Shown here: positions 1 through 9,306 of the stretch, piece after piece
How the letters are laid out: the number at the start of each line of letters is the position of its first letter
Position numbering within the stretch: position 1 is the first letter of the stretch
Origin: Anaeromyxobacteraceae bacterium
GTDB lineage: Bacteria; Myxococcota; Myxococcia; Myxococcales; Anaeromyxobacteraceae
Direction of reading: 5' to 3'
Assembly (NCBI GenBank): GCA_047602405.1
Contig: JASGHJ010000001.1
Location: forward strand, 960,001 to 1,024,000
DNA: 64,000 nucleotides
The notes under the pieces: model-generated
Databases searched by the model: none
What the model was told of the DNA's origin: nothing
The model's input: the letters and a program-made list of their open reading frames with translations, nothing else
Program-made: the position numbers and the translations under genes

Positions 1-353
1 CCGCGCGAGGGGACGTCCATCTTGCCCTTGCGCAGCGTGCGGGAGACCGGGTCGTACGTCGCGCCGCGCACCGCGCGCTTCACCGGCGCCGCCTTCTCGG
101 GCGAGAGCCGGGTGACGAGGAGTGGGCCCTTCGCCGCGAGCTTCCTCGCGATCGCGGCGACCTGCGCGCCGGTCTTCCGCTCCGCGAGCACGACCTCCGG
201 CATCCCGACCCGCAGCATGCGGTGGTGGTCGACGGTCGCGACGTCCCCGAGGCGCTCGAACGGCGCGCCCTTCAGCTTCGAGATGGCCTCGTCCACCGAG
301 GTGCGGTCCGCTCGCACGGCGGAGAGGAGCGCCCGGAGCGCGTGCTCGTCCAT
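1..353 (-). CDS. larB: Nickel-pincer cofactor biosynthesis protein LarB (PurE-like); 5' part only, runs off the window
   Basis: Own translation from ATG at 353: MDEHALRALLSAVRADRTSVDEAISKLKGAPFERLGDVATVDHHRMLRVGMPEVVLAERKT. The DHHRxLRxGxPEVV...KT motif is typical of the LarB N-terminus. Absent from the ORF track because there is no stop in the window. Confidence 0.8.
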   Translation of the reverse strand, partial: MDEHALRALLSAVRADRTSVDEAISKLKGAPFERLGDVATVDHHRMLRVGMPEVVLAERKTGAQVAAIARKLAAKGPLLVTRLSPEKAAPVKRAVRGATYDPVSRTLRKGKMDVPSR

Positions 354-365
354 GGGGGGAGAGGT

Positions 366-680
366 TTACCGCCGACCCGACCGGTCTCGCCAGTACCCAG
401 GGCGTCGCCGGACGTGTGCCACGGCGAGGACGAGGATGCCGTCACCGTCCACGACGTACGCGAGGCCGAACGGGAATCGGGGAAGGAGGAACCTCCGCAC
501 GCCGGAGGCCTCGCCCAGCCCAGGCCAGAGCGGCCATGCCACAGGACGCTCCGACACCGCTTCCAGCGCTCGCCCCACCTCGTCCAAGAGATCGACCCCG
601 AGACCCGACAGCTGCGCGTCGTACCAGTCACCGGCTTCGCTGAGCTCGGCGACCGCCGCGGGGTGGAATCGAACGCGCAC
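366..680 (-). CDS. Type II toxin, RelE/ParE family
   Basis: 104 aa: MRVRFHPAAVAELSEAGDWY...RRFLLPRFPFGLAY...ILVLAVAHVRRRPGYW, a typical ParE-like signature; directly downstream of a small antitoxin gene. Confidence 0.88.
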   Translation of the reverse strand: MRVRFHPAAVAELSEAGDWYDAQLSGLGVDLLDEVGRALEAVSERPVAWPLWPGLGEASGVRRFLLPRFPFGLAYVVDGDGILVLAVAHVRRRPGYWRDRSGRR

Positions 681-683
681 GCG

Positions 684-920
684 CTAACGGCGACTCCAAC
701 GATCGCTGAGCCGGTCGCGGATGGCCGACCAGTCTTCCGGCGCCACCGCCCCCGCGCGTGCTTCCGTGGAACGCAGCTCGAGCTCGGCGACCCACGCATC
801 TGCGGCGTCCGCGTCCGTCGCCTGGTCGAGGCTCGTGAGCAGTTCGTGCGCCAGGCGGGCGCGTTCACGCGGCGGAAGGGCCAGCGCACTGGAAAGGAGG
901 TCGGAGGGCACCGAAGCCAT
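684..920 (-). CDS. Addiction-module antitoxin component
   Basis: MASVPSDLLSSALALPPRERARLAHELLTSLD...AWVAELELR...W pattern; ATG at 920 chosen because TATACT lies 7 nt upstream. Confidence 0.82.
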   Translation of the reverse strand: MASVPSDLLSSALALPPRERARLAHELLTSLDQATDADAADAWVAELELRSTEARAGAVAPEDWSAIRDRLSDRWSRR

Positions 921-927
921 ACCTGGG

Positions 928-933
928 AGTATA
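928..933 (-). promoter_or_regulatory. -10 box (TATACT) of a probably leaderless TA transcript
   Basis: Minus strand reads TATACT-cccaggt-ATG with no Shine-Dalgarno. Confidence 0.55.
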
Positions 934-980
934 GCGAGCCCCCGCGACACGTGCCCACGTGCCCCTGCTGGGCGTGAGGC

Positions 981-1553
981 TCACTGCCCGCCAGCCTCTC
1001 CAGCCCTGGCCTGGGCCGCGTCCATCACCCGCTGCAGGCGCTCGAGGAGTACCTGCACCGGTCCGGTGGCCTTCTCGTACACGGCCAGGCGCCTCTCCCG
1101 GGCCCCACGCCTCACGATGAGGAAGTAGCAGTCCCCATCCCAGGCCGGAAACGACGCGTCGCCACGCACCAAAGGCCCCTCCACCTCGAGCCCGGCGAGC
1201 AACGCCCTCGGGCGCGCATCCTCGGTCACCACGACGCGCACGCGCCCGGAGGCGTCGCCGACCTTTGCTCCGCCGTCGTCGACCACCGCGAACTCGTACT
1301 CGGGGAACCCGGAGTTGGTCACCTCGAAGAGGACCGCGTCCTTCCCTGCCGCGGCCCACGCCTCCATCGCTCGCGCTCGCTGCGGCTCCGTCGCCAGGCT
1401 CTCCTCACACGACGCGAGGAATTCACGCCCGTCGGAGTCGCCGGTCACCGCCGACGCAATCGCGTCGGCGTAGCGCGGTCGAACCGAGGCACAAGCGAGG
1501 CCAGCCAGAAATGTGGCAGCCACGCACGCGCCCCTGAGCCCGCGGCCGGTCAC
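981..1553 (-). CDS. Hypothetical lipoprotein
   Basis: Signal peptide ending in a lipobox-like FLAGLA-C; starts 6 nt after the cheC stop; no recognised domain. Confidence 0.6.
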   Translation of the reverse strand: MTGRGLRGACVAATFLAGLACASVRPRYADAIASAVTGDSDGREFLASCEESLATEPQRARAMEAWAAAGKDAVLFEVTNSGFPEYEFAVVDDGGAKVGDASGRVRVVVTEDARPRALLAGLEVEGPLVRGDASFPAWDGDCYFLIVRRGARERRLAVYEKATGPVQVLLERLQRVMDAAQARAGEAGGQ

Positions 1554-1559
1554 CGGCCC

Positions 1560-2168
1560 TCACCTCAACTTCAGATGCCCGAGGAGCCGCGCGATCCGGT
1601 CCGGCTCCGGCATCACCAGGATCAGCCCCTCGAGCGCGCCCTGCGGGCCGGCCCAGGTGAACCGCGTCGCGAGCGCGACCGAGCCCTCGTGCGAGACGAG
1701 CCGCTCGACGCAAGCCTTGCCGCTGCCGCGGGAGAAGGTCGGGACCGAGAGGAGCAGCTTCTCGTTCACGAGCGTGCCGACGGCGGACACGAACGCGGAG
1801 CCGACGATGTTGCCCGACTCCATGAGCGCGCTCTCGCTCATGCCGCCCCAGTCGCCCGCGCCGTCCGGCGGGAAGCCGAGGATCTTCGCGAGCGTCTCGG
1901 CGTCCTTCTCCGGGAGCGCGAGCAACAGGTCGCCGGTCAGCGGCCCCTCGAGCTTCACGCCGACGGCGACGAGGTCCTGGCCGAGCGAGCCGAGGAACTC
2001 GGCGATGGCGCCGGGGCCGGTGCCGATCCAGGCCTCCGGCACGTCCATCTCGAGCTGCTTCTGCGTGAGCTTCCCGAGCGCGCTGATGGCGCGGCCGCAG
2101 CCGATGGAGGCGAGCTCCTGGAGCGCGTCCACCTCGCGGGCGCCGAAGGTGTCGCGGAGGTCCGCCAC
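1560..2168 (-). CDS. cheC: CheC-family phosphatase (DifG-like)
   Basis: DALQELASIGCGRAISAL and SALMESGNIVGSAF repeats (ExxN-type motifs); last gene of the che operon. Confidence 0.88.
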   Translation of the reverse strand: MADLRDTFGAREVDALQELASIGCGRAISALGKLTQKQLEMDVPEAWIGTGPGAIAEFLGSLGQDLVAVGVKLEGPLTGDLLLALPEKDAETLAKILGFPPDGAGDWGGMSESALMESGNIVGSAFVSAVGTLVNEKLLLSVPTFSRGSGKACVERLVSHEGSVALATRFTWAGPQGALEGLILVMPEPDRIARLLGHLKLR

Positions 2169-2169
2169 G

Positions 2170-4215
2170 TCAGGCCGCTCCGAGGTGAGGCACGTCGAGG
2201 ATGAACACCGGCCGGCCGGAGCCGAGCACGGTGACCGCCGAGAGCCCGGGCACGAGGTCGAGCGGCTGCGAGAGCGGCTTCAGCACGGCCTCCTGCTGGC
2301 CGAGGAGCCCGTCCACCGCGAGGCCGATGCGCCCGTCGGCGCCCTCGGTGATCACCACCGCGCGCGCGTCCTTGCCGTCGCCGGGCAGGCCGAGGAGCCG
2401 GGTCAGGTCCTGCACCGGCACGAGCTCCCCCGCGTACGGGAACACCGGCTCGCCGCGGGTGCGGTCGAGCTTCGAGAGCTGCACCTCGACCGCGCCGTGC
2501 ACCTTCGCGATGGGGAGGCCCAGCACCTCCTCGCCCACCCGCACGAGCAGCACCGGCTGCACCGCCACCGTGAGCGGCAGGCGGAACGTCACCCGCGAGC
2601 CCGCGCCGCGCACGCTGTCGAGCTCGATCGTGCCGCCGATGGTCTCGATCGACTTCTTCACCGCGTCGAGCCCGACGCCGCGGCCCGAGACGTCGGTCAC
2701 GGTCTCGGCGGTCGAGACGCCCGGCAGGCACGCGAGCATGAGCGCCTCGCGGTCGCTCAGGTTGGCGGCCTGGTCCGGCGAGAGCGTGCCGCGCGCGACG
2801 GCGGCGGCGCGGAGCTTCCCGGGGTCCATGCCCTTCCCGTCGTCGTCGACCTCGATGATCACGCGGTCGCGGTCGCGGCGGGCGTGCACCTGGATCTTCC
2901 CGGTCGCGGACTTCCCGGAGAGGAGGCGCAGGTGCGGCGGCTCGACGCCGTGGTCGATGGCGTTCCGGAGCACGTGCAGGAGCGGGTCGGAGAGCTCCTC
3001 GAGGATGGCCCGGTCCATCTCGATCTCGGACCCCTTCACGTCGACGTCGACCTGCTTGCCGAGCTTGCGGGCCACGTCGCGCGCCGTGCGCGGCAGCCGC
3101 TCGGTGACGAGCGCGAGCGGGGTCATGCGGACGGCCATGACCTTGTCGTGCAGGTCCTTCACGATCGCGTGCAGCCGGTCGACGCTCTCCTCGAGCACCG
3201 GCTTCGCGTCCTCGGGGACGATCTTCCCGACCTCGCGGATGCGCGCGGTCGCGAGGATGAGCTCGCCGACCGTGTCGAGGAAGCCGTCGAGGATCTCGGT
3301 GCGGACGCGCACCGTGCGCGCGGCGTCGGCGTCCGGCTTCGCGGCGGGCCCGCCCGCGGCGGCGGCGGGCGCCGGGGCGGCCGGGGCCGGGGCGGGCGGC
3401 TCGGCGGCGGAGAGCGTGACCCCGGCGATGTCGGAGATCTGCGAGAGCGCGCGCTCGATCGTCTGCAGCGCCTCGGAGGTCTCGAGCTCGACCTCGAGCG
3501 CCTTCTGCGGGATGCGGCCCGCGCGGAGGTCGTCGGCGGTGGGGCTCGACGCGAGGACGGTGCCGAGCGACGAGAGCTTCTTGAGGACGAGGAAGGCGCG
3601 GACCGCGGGCACCGGCGAGTGCCCGGCGATCTGGACGACGGCGGTGACCTTGCGACGCGAGCCGCCCTCGGCGGCCCGGGCGGAGGTCGCGGGCGGGGCG
3701 GGCGGCGGTGGCGGCGCCGCCGGCGCGGGCGGCGCGGCGGCGCGCACCGGGTCGGGGTCGGCCTTCGGGGCGTCCCTCGTCTCCGGCCCGCTTCGCGGGC
3801 CTGCGCTCGGGATGGACGGGGCAGAGAGGTTCTTCAGCGCCTCGGTCAGCCGCCTCAGCAGGTCCTCGTCGGGGGCCGGGTTCTGGCCGGCCGCGGCGGC
3901 GCCGATCATCGCCTGGAGCGCGTCGCCGGAGGCGAGCAGGAGGTCGAACGCCCCGGTGTCGAGCCGGGAGGGCTCCTTCCGGAACACGTCCACGAGGTCC
4001 TCGACCCGGTGGGCGACCCGCGCGATGCCGTCGAGCTGCATGGAGCCGCTCATGCCCTTCACGCTGTGGGCATGGCGGAACAGCGAGTCGATCGCCTCGG
4101 TGGGGGACCCGCCCTCTCCGGCCAGCTTCTCGAGCCGGACGAGATCCCGCGAGAAGCCGGCGAGGTGCTCGCTCGACTCCGCGACGAACAGGGTCAGGTA
4201 CTTCGAGAGATCCAT
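2170..4215 (-). CDS. cheA: Chemosensory histidine kinase CheA (DifE-like)
   Basis: Hpt FRHAHSVKG, P2-like segment, HVLRNAIDHG N-box, DDGKG, SGRGVGLDAV, C-terminal CheW domain. Confidence 0.95.
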   Translation of the reverse strand: MDLSKYLTLFVAESSEHLAGFSRDLVRLEKLAGEGGSPTEAIDSLFRHAHSVKGMSGSMQLDGIARVAHRVEDLVDVFRKEPSRLDTGAFDLLLASGDALQAMIGAAAAGQNPAPDEDLLRRLTEALKNLSAPSIPSAGPRSGPETRDAPKADPDPVRAAAPPAPAAPPPPPAPPATSARAAEGGSRRKVTAVVQIAGHSPVPAVRAFLVLKKLSSLGTVLASSPTADDLRAGRIPQKALEVELETSEALQTIERALSQISDIAGVTLSAAEPPAPAPAAPAPAAAAGGPAAKPDADAARTVRVRTEILDGFLDTVGELILATARIREVGKIVPEDAKPVLEESVDRLHAIVKDLHDKVMAVRMTPLALVTERLPRTARDVARKLGKQVDVDVKGSEIEMDRAILEELSDPLLHVLRNAIDHGVEPPHLRLLSGKSATGKIQVHARRDRDRVIIEVDDDGKGMDPGKLRAAAVARGTLSPDQAANLSDREALMLACLPGVSTAETVTDVSGRGVGLDAVKKSIETIGGTIELDSVRGAGSRVTFRLPLTVAVQPVLLVRVGEEVLGLPIAKVHGAVEVQLSKLDRTRGEPVFPYAGELVPVQDLTRLLGLPGDGKDARAVVITEGADGRIGLAVDGLLGQQEAVLKPLSQPLDLVPGLSAVTVLGSGRPVFILDVPHLGAA

Positions 4216-4275
4216 GGCCTCGACCGCCTACCGCGGGCCCTGCCTCTGAGAAGGCGAGCCCGCGCGAACACGGCC

Positions 4276-4644
4276 TCAGGCGTCGCCCAGCACCTTCTTC
4301 ACGACCGACAGCACGTCCTCGGACTTGAACGGCTTCACGATGAAGTCGCTCGCGCCGGCCTCGATGGCCTCCATGACGAGCGACTCCTGGCCGAGGGCGC
4401 TGCACATCACGATGACGGCCTTGGCGTCCGACTTGATGATCTCGCGGGTCGCCTCGATGCCGCTCTTGAACGGCATCACGATGTCCATCGTGGTGAGGTC
4501 GGGCTTGAGCTCCTTGAACTTCTCGACCGCCTCGAGGCCGTTCGCCGCCTCGCCGACGACCTCGAAGCCGGACCCGGAGAAGATGTCCTTGATCATGTTG
4601 CGCATGAAGATCGCGTCGTCGACGATCAGGACTCGCTTCGCCAT
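4276..4644 (-). CDS. cheY: Response regulator CheY (DifD-like)
   Basis: VLIVDD, TMDIVMP, CSALGQ, FIVKPF; 122-aa single receiver domain. Confidence 0.95.
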   Translation of the reverse strand: MAKRVLIVDDAIFMRNMIKDIFSGSGFEVVGEAANGLEAVEKFKELKPDLTTMDIVMPFKSGIEATREIIKSDAKAVIVMCSALGQESLVMEAIEAGASDFIVKPFKSEDVLSVVKKVLGDA

Positions 4645-4751
4645 GGTTCCGATATCCCTCCGAAAGGCGCCCCGAAGCTACCACCGCTTTCACGACCCGG
4701 ACAACCCGCCTGCGCACCAGATGTGTGCGGGGCGGGCGCACCGGGGCCAAA

Positions 4752-5171
4752 TCACCCCGACCCGAAAAGGCGCGTCGCCTCTTCCACCACCGGTCCGGCG
4801 GCGAGCAGGGTGACCGCACCGGTCCGGGACGGCGCCACGCCCACCACGAGCCCGTGTGCCGGACCGTCCACGTCCGCTGCGAGCGCCTCGACCCCCACCA
4901 CCCCGCCGATGAGGAGCCCGAGCGCGCGCTTGCCGTGGTCGAGGATGAGCACCTGCGAGGTGCCGGCCACGAGCTTCTGCTCGGGCAGCCCGACGAGCCG
5001 GGCGAGATCCACGACCGCGACGACGCGCCCCCTGAGGTTCATCGCCCCGCGCACCGCGTCCGGGCAGCGCGGCACGCGCGCGAACGGCGGCTGCGGCAGC
5101 ACGACCTCGCGCACCGCCTCGAGGGGCAGCGCGTAGCGTTCGGCGCCGACGCGGAAGACGACGTGCCTCAG
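4752..5171 (-). CDS. cheW: CheW coupling protein (DifC-like); probable CTG start
   Basis: The frame extends upstream of the track ORF as (L)RHVVFRVGAERYALPLEAVREV..., then RVPRCPDAVRGAMNLRGRVVAVVDL; AGGAG lies 6 nt before the CTG at 5171. Confidence 0.85.
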   Translation of the reverse strand: MRHVVFRVGAERYALPLEAVREVVLPQPPFARVPRCPDAVRGAMNLRGRVVAVVDLARLVGLPEQKLVAGTSQVLILDHGKRALGLLIGGVVGVEALAADVDGPAHGLVVGVAPSRTGAVTLLAAGPVVEEATRLFGSG

Positions 5172-5180
5172 GGGCGGCTC

Positions 5181-6575
5181 CTACAGCTTGAACCGGCTCA
5201 CCACCGTCTGGAGCTCGAGGGACAGGTTCGTGAGCTCCTGCGCCGCGCTCGCCATGCCGGCGACGGCGGCGGTCTGCTCGCTGATGACCTTGCGGACGCT
5301 CTCGGTGGAGCTCGCGTTCGAGGAGGCCACGTCGGAGATGTGGTCCATCGCCTGGACCATGTCGGCCGAGCCCTGCAGCTGATCGCGGGCGGCCTGCGAG
5401 ATCACGCCCACCTTCTCGGCGCCCGCGGCGGCGATCTTCGCGATGTCGCCGAGGGTGCGGATGATGGCGTTGAGGTCCTCGCGCCCGTCGCCGAGCTCGG
5501 AGACCGACTCCTTCATGGTCTCGACCACCTTCGCGGCGCGGCCGGAGATGTCCGCGGCGAGCGACGAGATCTGCTCGGCGGAGCGGCCGGCGGACTCGGC
5601 GAGCTTGCGGACCTCCTCGGCGACCACCGCGAAGCCGCGGCCGTACTCGCCCGCGCGGGCGGCCTCGATGGTGGCGTTGAGCGCGAGGAGGTTCGTCTGG
5701 TTCGCCACCTGGGTGATGGCCTCGACGATCTTCGAGATCTCCTTCGTGCGCTCGCCGAAGGCGAACACCTGCTCGCTCGCCGCCTCGATGCGCGCGAACA
5801 CCTTCTTCACCTTCTCGCCGGCGAGCCGGGCGGCCTCGCCGCCGGAGGTCGCGGCGGAGGACGTCTCGGCGGAGGTGCGGGCGGCCTCCTCGGCGGAGGA
5901 CGCGGTCCGCTCGATGGAGGAGGCGATGTCGCCGATGACCTTGGAGGTGCGCTCGACGAGGTCGGACTGCTGCCCGGCGCCCGCCGAGATCTTCTCCATC
6001 GAGACCGCCACCTCGTCGGTGGAGGCGTTCACCTCCTCGGCGGAGGTCTGCAGCTCGTTCGCGGAGTCGGCGACCGACTGCGCGGTGCGCTGGATGCGGG
6101 AGACGAGGTCGCGCAGGTTCTCCTGCATCGTCCGGATCGCCTCGGTGAGGTCGTCGAGCTCGTCGTGGAAGGCCTTCTGCTCCTCCGACACGACCGCGCG
6201 GGAGAGATCGCCGCGGGAGACCTCGACCGCGCTCTCCTTGAGGCGCCCGACGCGCGAGGTGCGGGCGATCGCGATGGTGAGCCCCTGGCCCATGGCGACG
6301 GTGAGGAGCAGCACGAGGAGCCCGCCGAGCACCGGGTTCTGCGACTTCTCGAGGATGTACGGCACCGCGAAGAGCAGCACCGCGCCCACGATGACGTAGC
6401 CGGTCAGGATCTTCGTCTGGAGCTTGAAGGTGAAGCCGGGCGGGCTCGCGGGCGGGCGCGACGCGGGCTGCTCGCCCCCGGAGCGGCCGCGCAGCGCCAC
6501 GAGGTGCGGGGCGTCCTGCCAGCGCGCGCTGGGGCGGGTGGACTGAAGTCGCTCGTCTCTGCTCGGTCGCGCCAC
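5181..6575 (-). CDS. Methyl-accepting chemoreceptor without a periplasmic domain (DifA-like)
   Basis: Two TM helices joined by a very short loop (YILEKSQNP), HAMP, hairpin tip [40 protein letters not shown] before the GTG start. Confidence 0.93.
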   Translation of the reverse strand: MARPSRDERLQSTRPSARWQDAPHLVALRGRSGGEQPASRPPASPPGFTFKLQTKILTGYVIVGAVLLFAVPYILEKSQNPVLGGLLVLLLTVAMGQGLTIAIARTSRVGRLKESAVEVSRGDLSRAVVSEEQKAFHDELDDLTEAIRTMQENLRDLVSRIQRTAQSVADSANELQTSAEEVNASTDEVAVSMEKISAGAGQQSDLVERTSKVIGDIASSIERTASSAEEAARTSAETSSAATSGGEAARLAGEKVKKVFARIEAASEQVFAFGERTKEISKIVEAITQVANQTNLLALNATIEAARAGEYGRGFAVVAEEVRKLAESAGRSAEQISSLAADISGRAAKVVETMKESVSELGDGREDLNAIIRTLGDIAKIAAAGAEKVGVISQAARDQLQGSADMVQAMDHISDVASSNASSTESVRKVISEQTAAVAGMASAAQELTNLSLELQTVVSRFKL

Positions 6576-6622
6576 GGTTCCTCTGGGTCAGCATTGCCCC
6601 GGCGGAACGCAGGGCCGCGCCG

Positions 6623-6650
6623 ATCCTAGACCCCCGGGGCCTGTTGTCAA
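6623..6650 (-). promoter_or_regulatory. Sigma70-type promoter of the Dif-like operon
   Basis: Minus strand TTGACA-N16-TAGGAT, about 50 nt upstream of the MCP start. Confidence 0.65.
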
Positions 6651-6761
6651 AACGGGGTCATGTGGGCGGAGCACCCCTGCCACGGTGCCTGCACGCCCGC
6701 CCGCTCCCCTTGCCCTGCGCGTCGGGCGTCCCCACCCGTTGAGGCCAGCGAGGAGGACGCC

Positions 6762-6938
6762 ATGGCGTTCAAGGATCTCGGGAAGGGCAACCGGCCGAAG
6801 GAGACGCCCGAGCAGGCGGAGGCGCGCGCGCGGGCCACCGCCGAGCGCAGGGCGAAGGACGACGCGAGGTCGTCGCGGAAGGCCAGCGACGACGCGGACC
6901 ACGGCCGCAGCGCGCCGCGCACGGACGAGGAGAAGTAG
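6762..6938 (+). CDS. Small, highly charged hypothetical protein (58 aa)
   Basis: Strong SD (GAGGAGG) before ATG; MAFKDLGKGNRPKETPEQAEARARATAERRAKDD...; high-GC codon usage. Confidence 0.65.
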   Translation: MAFKDLGKGNRPKETPEQAEARARATAERRAKDDARSSRKASDDADHGRSAPRTDEEK

Positions 6939-6950
6939 GCGCCGGCCCGC

Positions 6951-7913
6951 TCACGCCAGGTGATCGTGCCCGCCGGGCACGGACACCTCGAGCCCGTCCG
7001 CGTCCCGGACGGTGACCGCCGCCCGTCCGGCACCGCCGCGGACGAACCGGCCGATCACGGCGAGCGGCACGCCCGCGCGCACGGCCGCGGCGCGGGCCCG
7101 TGGCAGCCGCGCGGGCGGGATCGCGAGCACGAGCTCGTAGTCCTCGCCGCCGGCGAGCGCGGCGGCCCAGGGATCCACGGCGCCGCGGACCGCCCGGCGG
7201 TAGGCGGCCGAGCGGGGGATCGCCTCGAGGTCGAGGGCGGCCCGGACGCCGGAGGCGCGGCACACGTGGCCGAGGTCGCGCACGAGGCCGTCCGAGACGT
7301 CGATGCCGGCGTGCGCGAGCGGCGCGAGGGCGCGGCCCGCGGCGAGGCGCGGGGAGGGCCTGCGCTGGCGACGGGCGAGCGCGGGGGCGGCGCGCGGCGC
7401 GAGGCCCAGCGCGGCGTCGCCGAGCGTGCCGGTCACGCAGACGAGATCGCCGGGGCGCGCGCCCGCGCGGAGCAGGGCCTTGCCGCGCGGCACCGCGCCG
7501 ACCACGGTCACGCCGAGCGAGAGCGCCCGCGCGCGGGAGACGTTGCCGCCGACGACCGCGATCCCGTGGGCGCGGGCGCAGGCGCCGAGGCCCCGCGCGA
7601 TCCCGGGGGCGCGCGCGGCGTCGCGCGCCGGGAGCGCGAGCGCGACGAGCGCCCAGAGCGGCCGCGCGCCCATGGCCGCGAGGTCCGAGAGGTTGACCGC
7701 GAGCGCCTTCCAGCCGACGTCGAACGGGGTGAAGCGCCGGTCGAAGTGGACGCCCGCGACCACCTCGTCGACGGTGGCGACGAGCTCCTCGCCGCGCGGG
7801 GGCACGAGCACCGCCGCGTCGTCACCCACGGAGACGCGCACGCCCTCCCCGTGGAGCGGGAGGCGGGAGGTGAAGGCGGAGATGAGGGCGAGCTCGCCCC
7901 GCTTCCGCGCCAT
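6951..7913 (-). CDS. thiL: Thiamine-monophosphate kinase
   Basis: GELALI, VGDDAAV, GVHFD, AVNLSDLAAMGARP, IDVSDGL, GGEDYELV motifs. Confidence 0.95.
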   Translation of the reverse strand: MARKRGELALISAFTSRLPLHGEGVRVSVGDDAAVLVPPRGEELVATVDEVVAGVHFDRRFTPFDVGWKALAVNLSDLAAMGARPLWALVALALPARDAARAPGIARGLGACARAHGIAVVGGNVSRARALSLGVTVVGAVPRGKALLRAGARPGDLVCVTGTLGDAALGLAPRAAPALARRQRRPSPRLAAGRALAPLAHAGIDVSDGLVRDLGHVCRASGVRAALDLEAIPRSAAYRRAVRGAVDPWAAALAGGEDYELVLAIPPARLPRARAAAVRAGVPLAVIGRFVRGGAGRAAVTVRDADGLEVSVPGGHDHLA

Positions 7914-7920
7914 CGGGACC

Positions 7921-9306
7921 CTACCGCCTCGCCCCCGGCCCCGGGATCGGGGTCATGGTGGGGGCGAGCACGCCGCGGATCGGAAGGTGGAGCGAGAACG
8001 TGGACCCCCGCCCCGGCTCGGAGCGGACCTTCACGTCGCCGCCGTGCGCCTCGGCGAAGCTCTTCACGATCGCGAGGCCGAGGCCGGCGCCGCCGTACTC
8101 GCGGGTCGAGCTGCCGTCCACCTGGTAGAAGACGTCGAACACGCGGGAGATGTGCTCCTCCGCGATGCCGATGCCGGTGTCGGTCACGTGGATGGCGAGC
8201 GTCTCCGGCGGGAGCAGCTGCGCGGTCACGGTGATGGCCCCGCCCGGCGGCGTGAACTTCACCGCGTTCGAGGCGAGGTTCACGAGGCTCTGGCGGATCT
8301 TGTCGCGGTCGGCCTGGATGCGCGGCAGTTCGCCGGGCTCGCAGGCGACCTTGAGCCCCTTCTTGCGGGCGAGCGGCAGGATGGTCGCGACGGCGTCGCG
8401 CATCAGCTGGCCGGGATCGACCTCGCTGAGCACGAGCCGCACGCGGCCGGCCTCGATCTTCGAGATGTCGAGGATCGAGGTGATGAGCTGGAGGAGGTTC
8501 TCGCCCTTCTCCATGATGATGCCGAGGTACTCGCGCTGCTCGGCGGTGAGTGGCCCGCCGAGGCCCTCGAGCATCATCTCGGAGTAGCCGATGACGCTCG
8601 TGAGCGGCGTGCGGAGCTCGTGGCTCATGGTGGCGAGGAAGTTCGACTTGAGGCGGTCGAGCTCCTTCAGCTTCGCGTAGCTGTCCTCGAGGGCCCGGTT
8701 CTTGTCCTGCAGTTCCTTGTAGGAGAGCGAGATCGCCTCGATGTGCAGCTTCGCGGCGATGAGGTTCTTGTGGCCCGTGAACACCATCACGTCCACGAGA
8801 TCCATGAAGTGCTTCAGGATCTTCTCGGCGGTGCCCATCGGCACGCGCCGGATCTTCTGGACGTACTGGTCGGCGAGGCGGGCGTCGAAGTCCGCCGAGA
8901 TGCCGGTGAGGCTCGCGGGCAGGTTGACGAGGTCCTCGGGCACGAACGGGCCGAAGACCACCCGGCCCATCGCGTCGCCCTCGTACAGGATCGGCTGGGC
9001 GAGGTAGCGGCAGCCGGAGAAGCACTGGAACGGGACCGCCGCCGGGTCCTCGGGGATCGCCTCGGACTTCACCTTGCCGACCGTGGCGATGCACTGCTCG
9101 CGGCCCGCGGGCTTCGTCCAGATGTAGCCGCAGAAGTCGGCGTTGCCGACCTTCACGTCCACGATCTTGTTGCCCGCCTCGTCGAACACCTTGAGGCCGA
9201 CGCGGTAGAGCTCCGCGAACGACTGGCACACGTCGGCGAACGCGCGCAGGTCGAGGAGGTCCTGGAGCGGGAGGCGCTGCTGCAGGAAGGACGGGGAGAG
9301 GCTCAT
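7921..9306 (-). CDS. Cytoplasmic sensor histidine kinase with a PocR-like N-terminal domain
   Basis: C-terminal part of track ORF 7921..11613, from MSLSPSFLQQ; Cys-containing sensor (DFC...C...FQCFSG); FLATMSHELRTPL, NLASNAVKFT, DTGIGI, GAGLGLAIVK; ATGA overlap with the GTPase stop. Confidence 0.9.
   Translation of the reverse strand: MSLSPSFLQQRLPLQDLLDLRAFADVCQSFAELYRVGLKVFDEAGNKIVDVKVGNADFCGYIWTKPAGREQCIATVGKVKSEAIPEDPAAVPFQCFSGCRYLAQPILYEGDAMGRVVFGPFVPEDLVNLPASLTGISADFDARLADQYVQKIRRVPMGTAEKILKHFMDLVDVMVFTGHKNLIAAKLHIEAISLSYKELQDKNRALEDSYAKLKELDRLKSNFLATMSHELRTPLTSVIGYSEMMLEGLGGPLTAEQREYLGIIMEKGENLLQLITSILDISKIEAGRVRLVLSEVDPGQLMRDAVATILPLARKKGLKVACEPGELPRIQADRDKIRQSLVNLASNAVKFTPPGGAITVTAQLLPPETLAIHVTDTGIGIAEEHISRVFDVFYQVDGSSTREYGGAGLGLAIVKSFAEAHGGDVKVRSEPGRGSTFSLHLPIRGVLAPTMTPIPGPGARR

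Noticed and set aside
1513..5136. 1207-aa plus-strand ORF, and similar giant ORFs (17399-22453, 21958-25812, 27138-31226, 42022-45192, 54519-57542)
   Set aside because: Antisense or off-frame shadows of well-supported genes; R/A/G/P-rich with no motifs, as expected when stop codons are rare in high-GC DNA.
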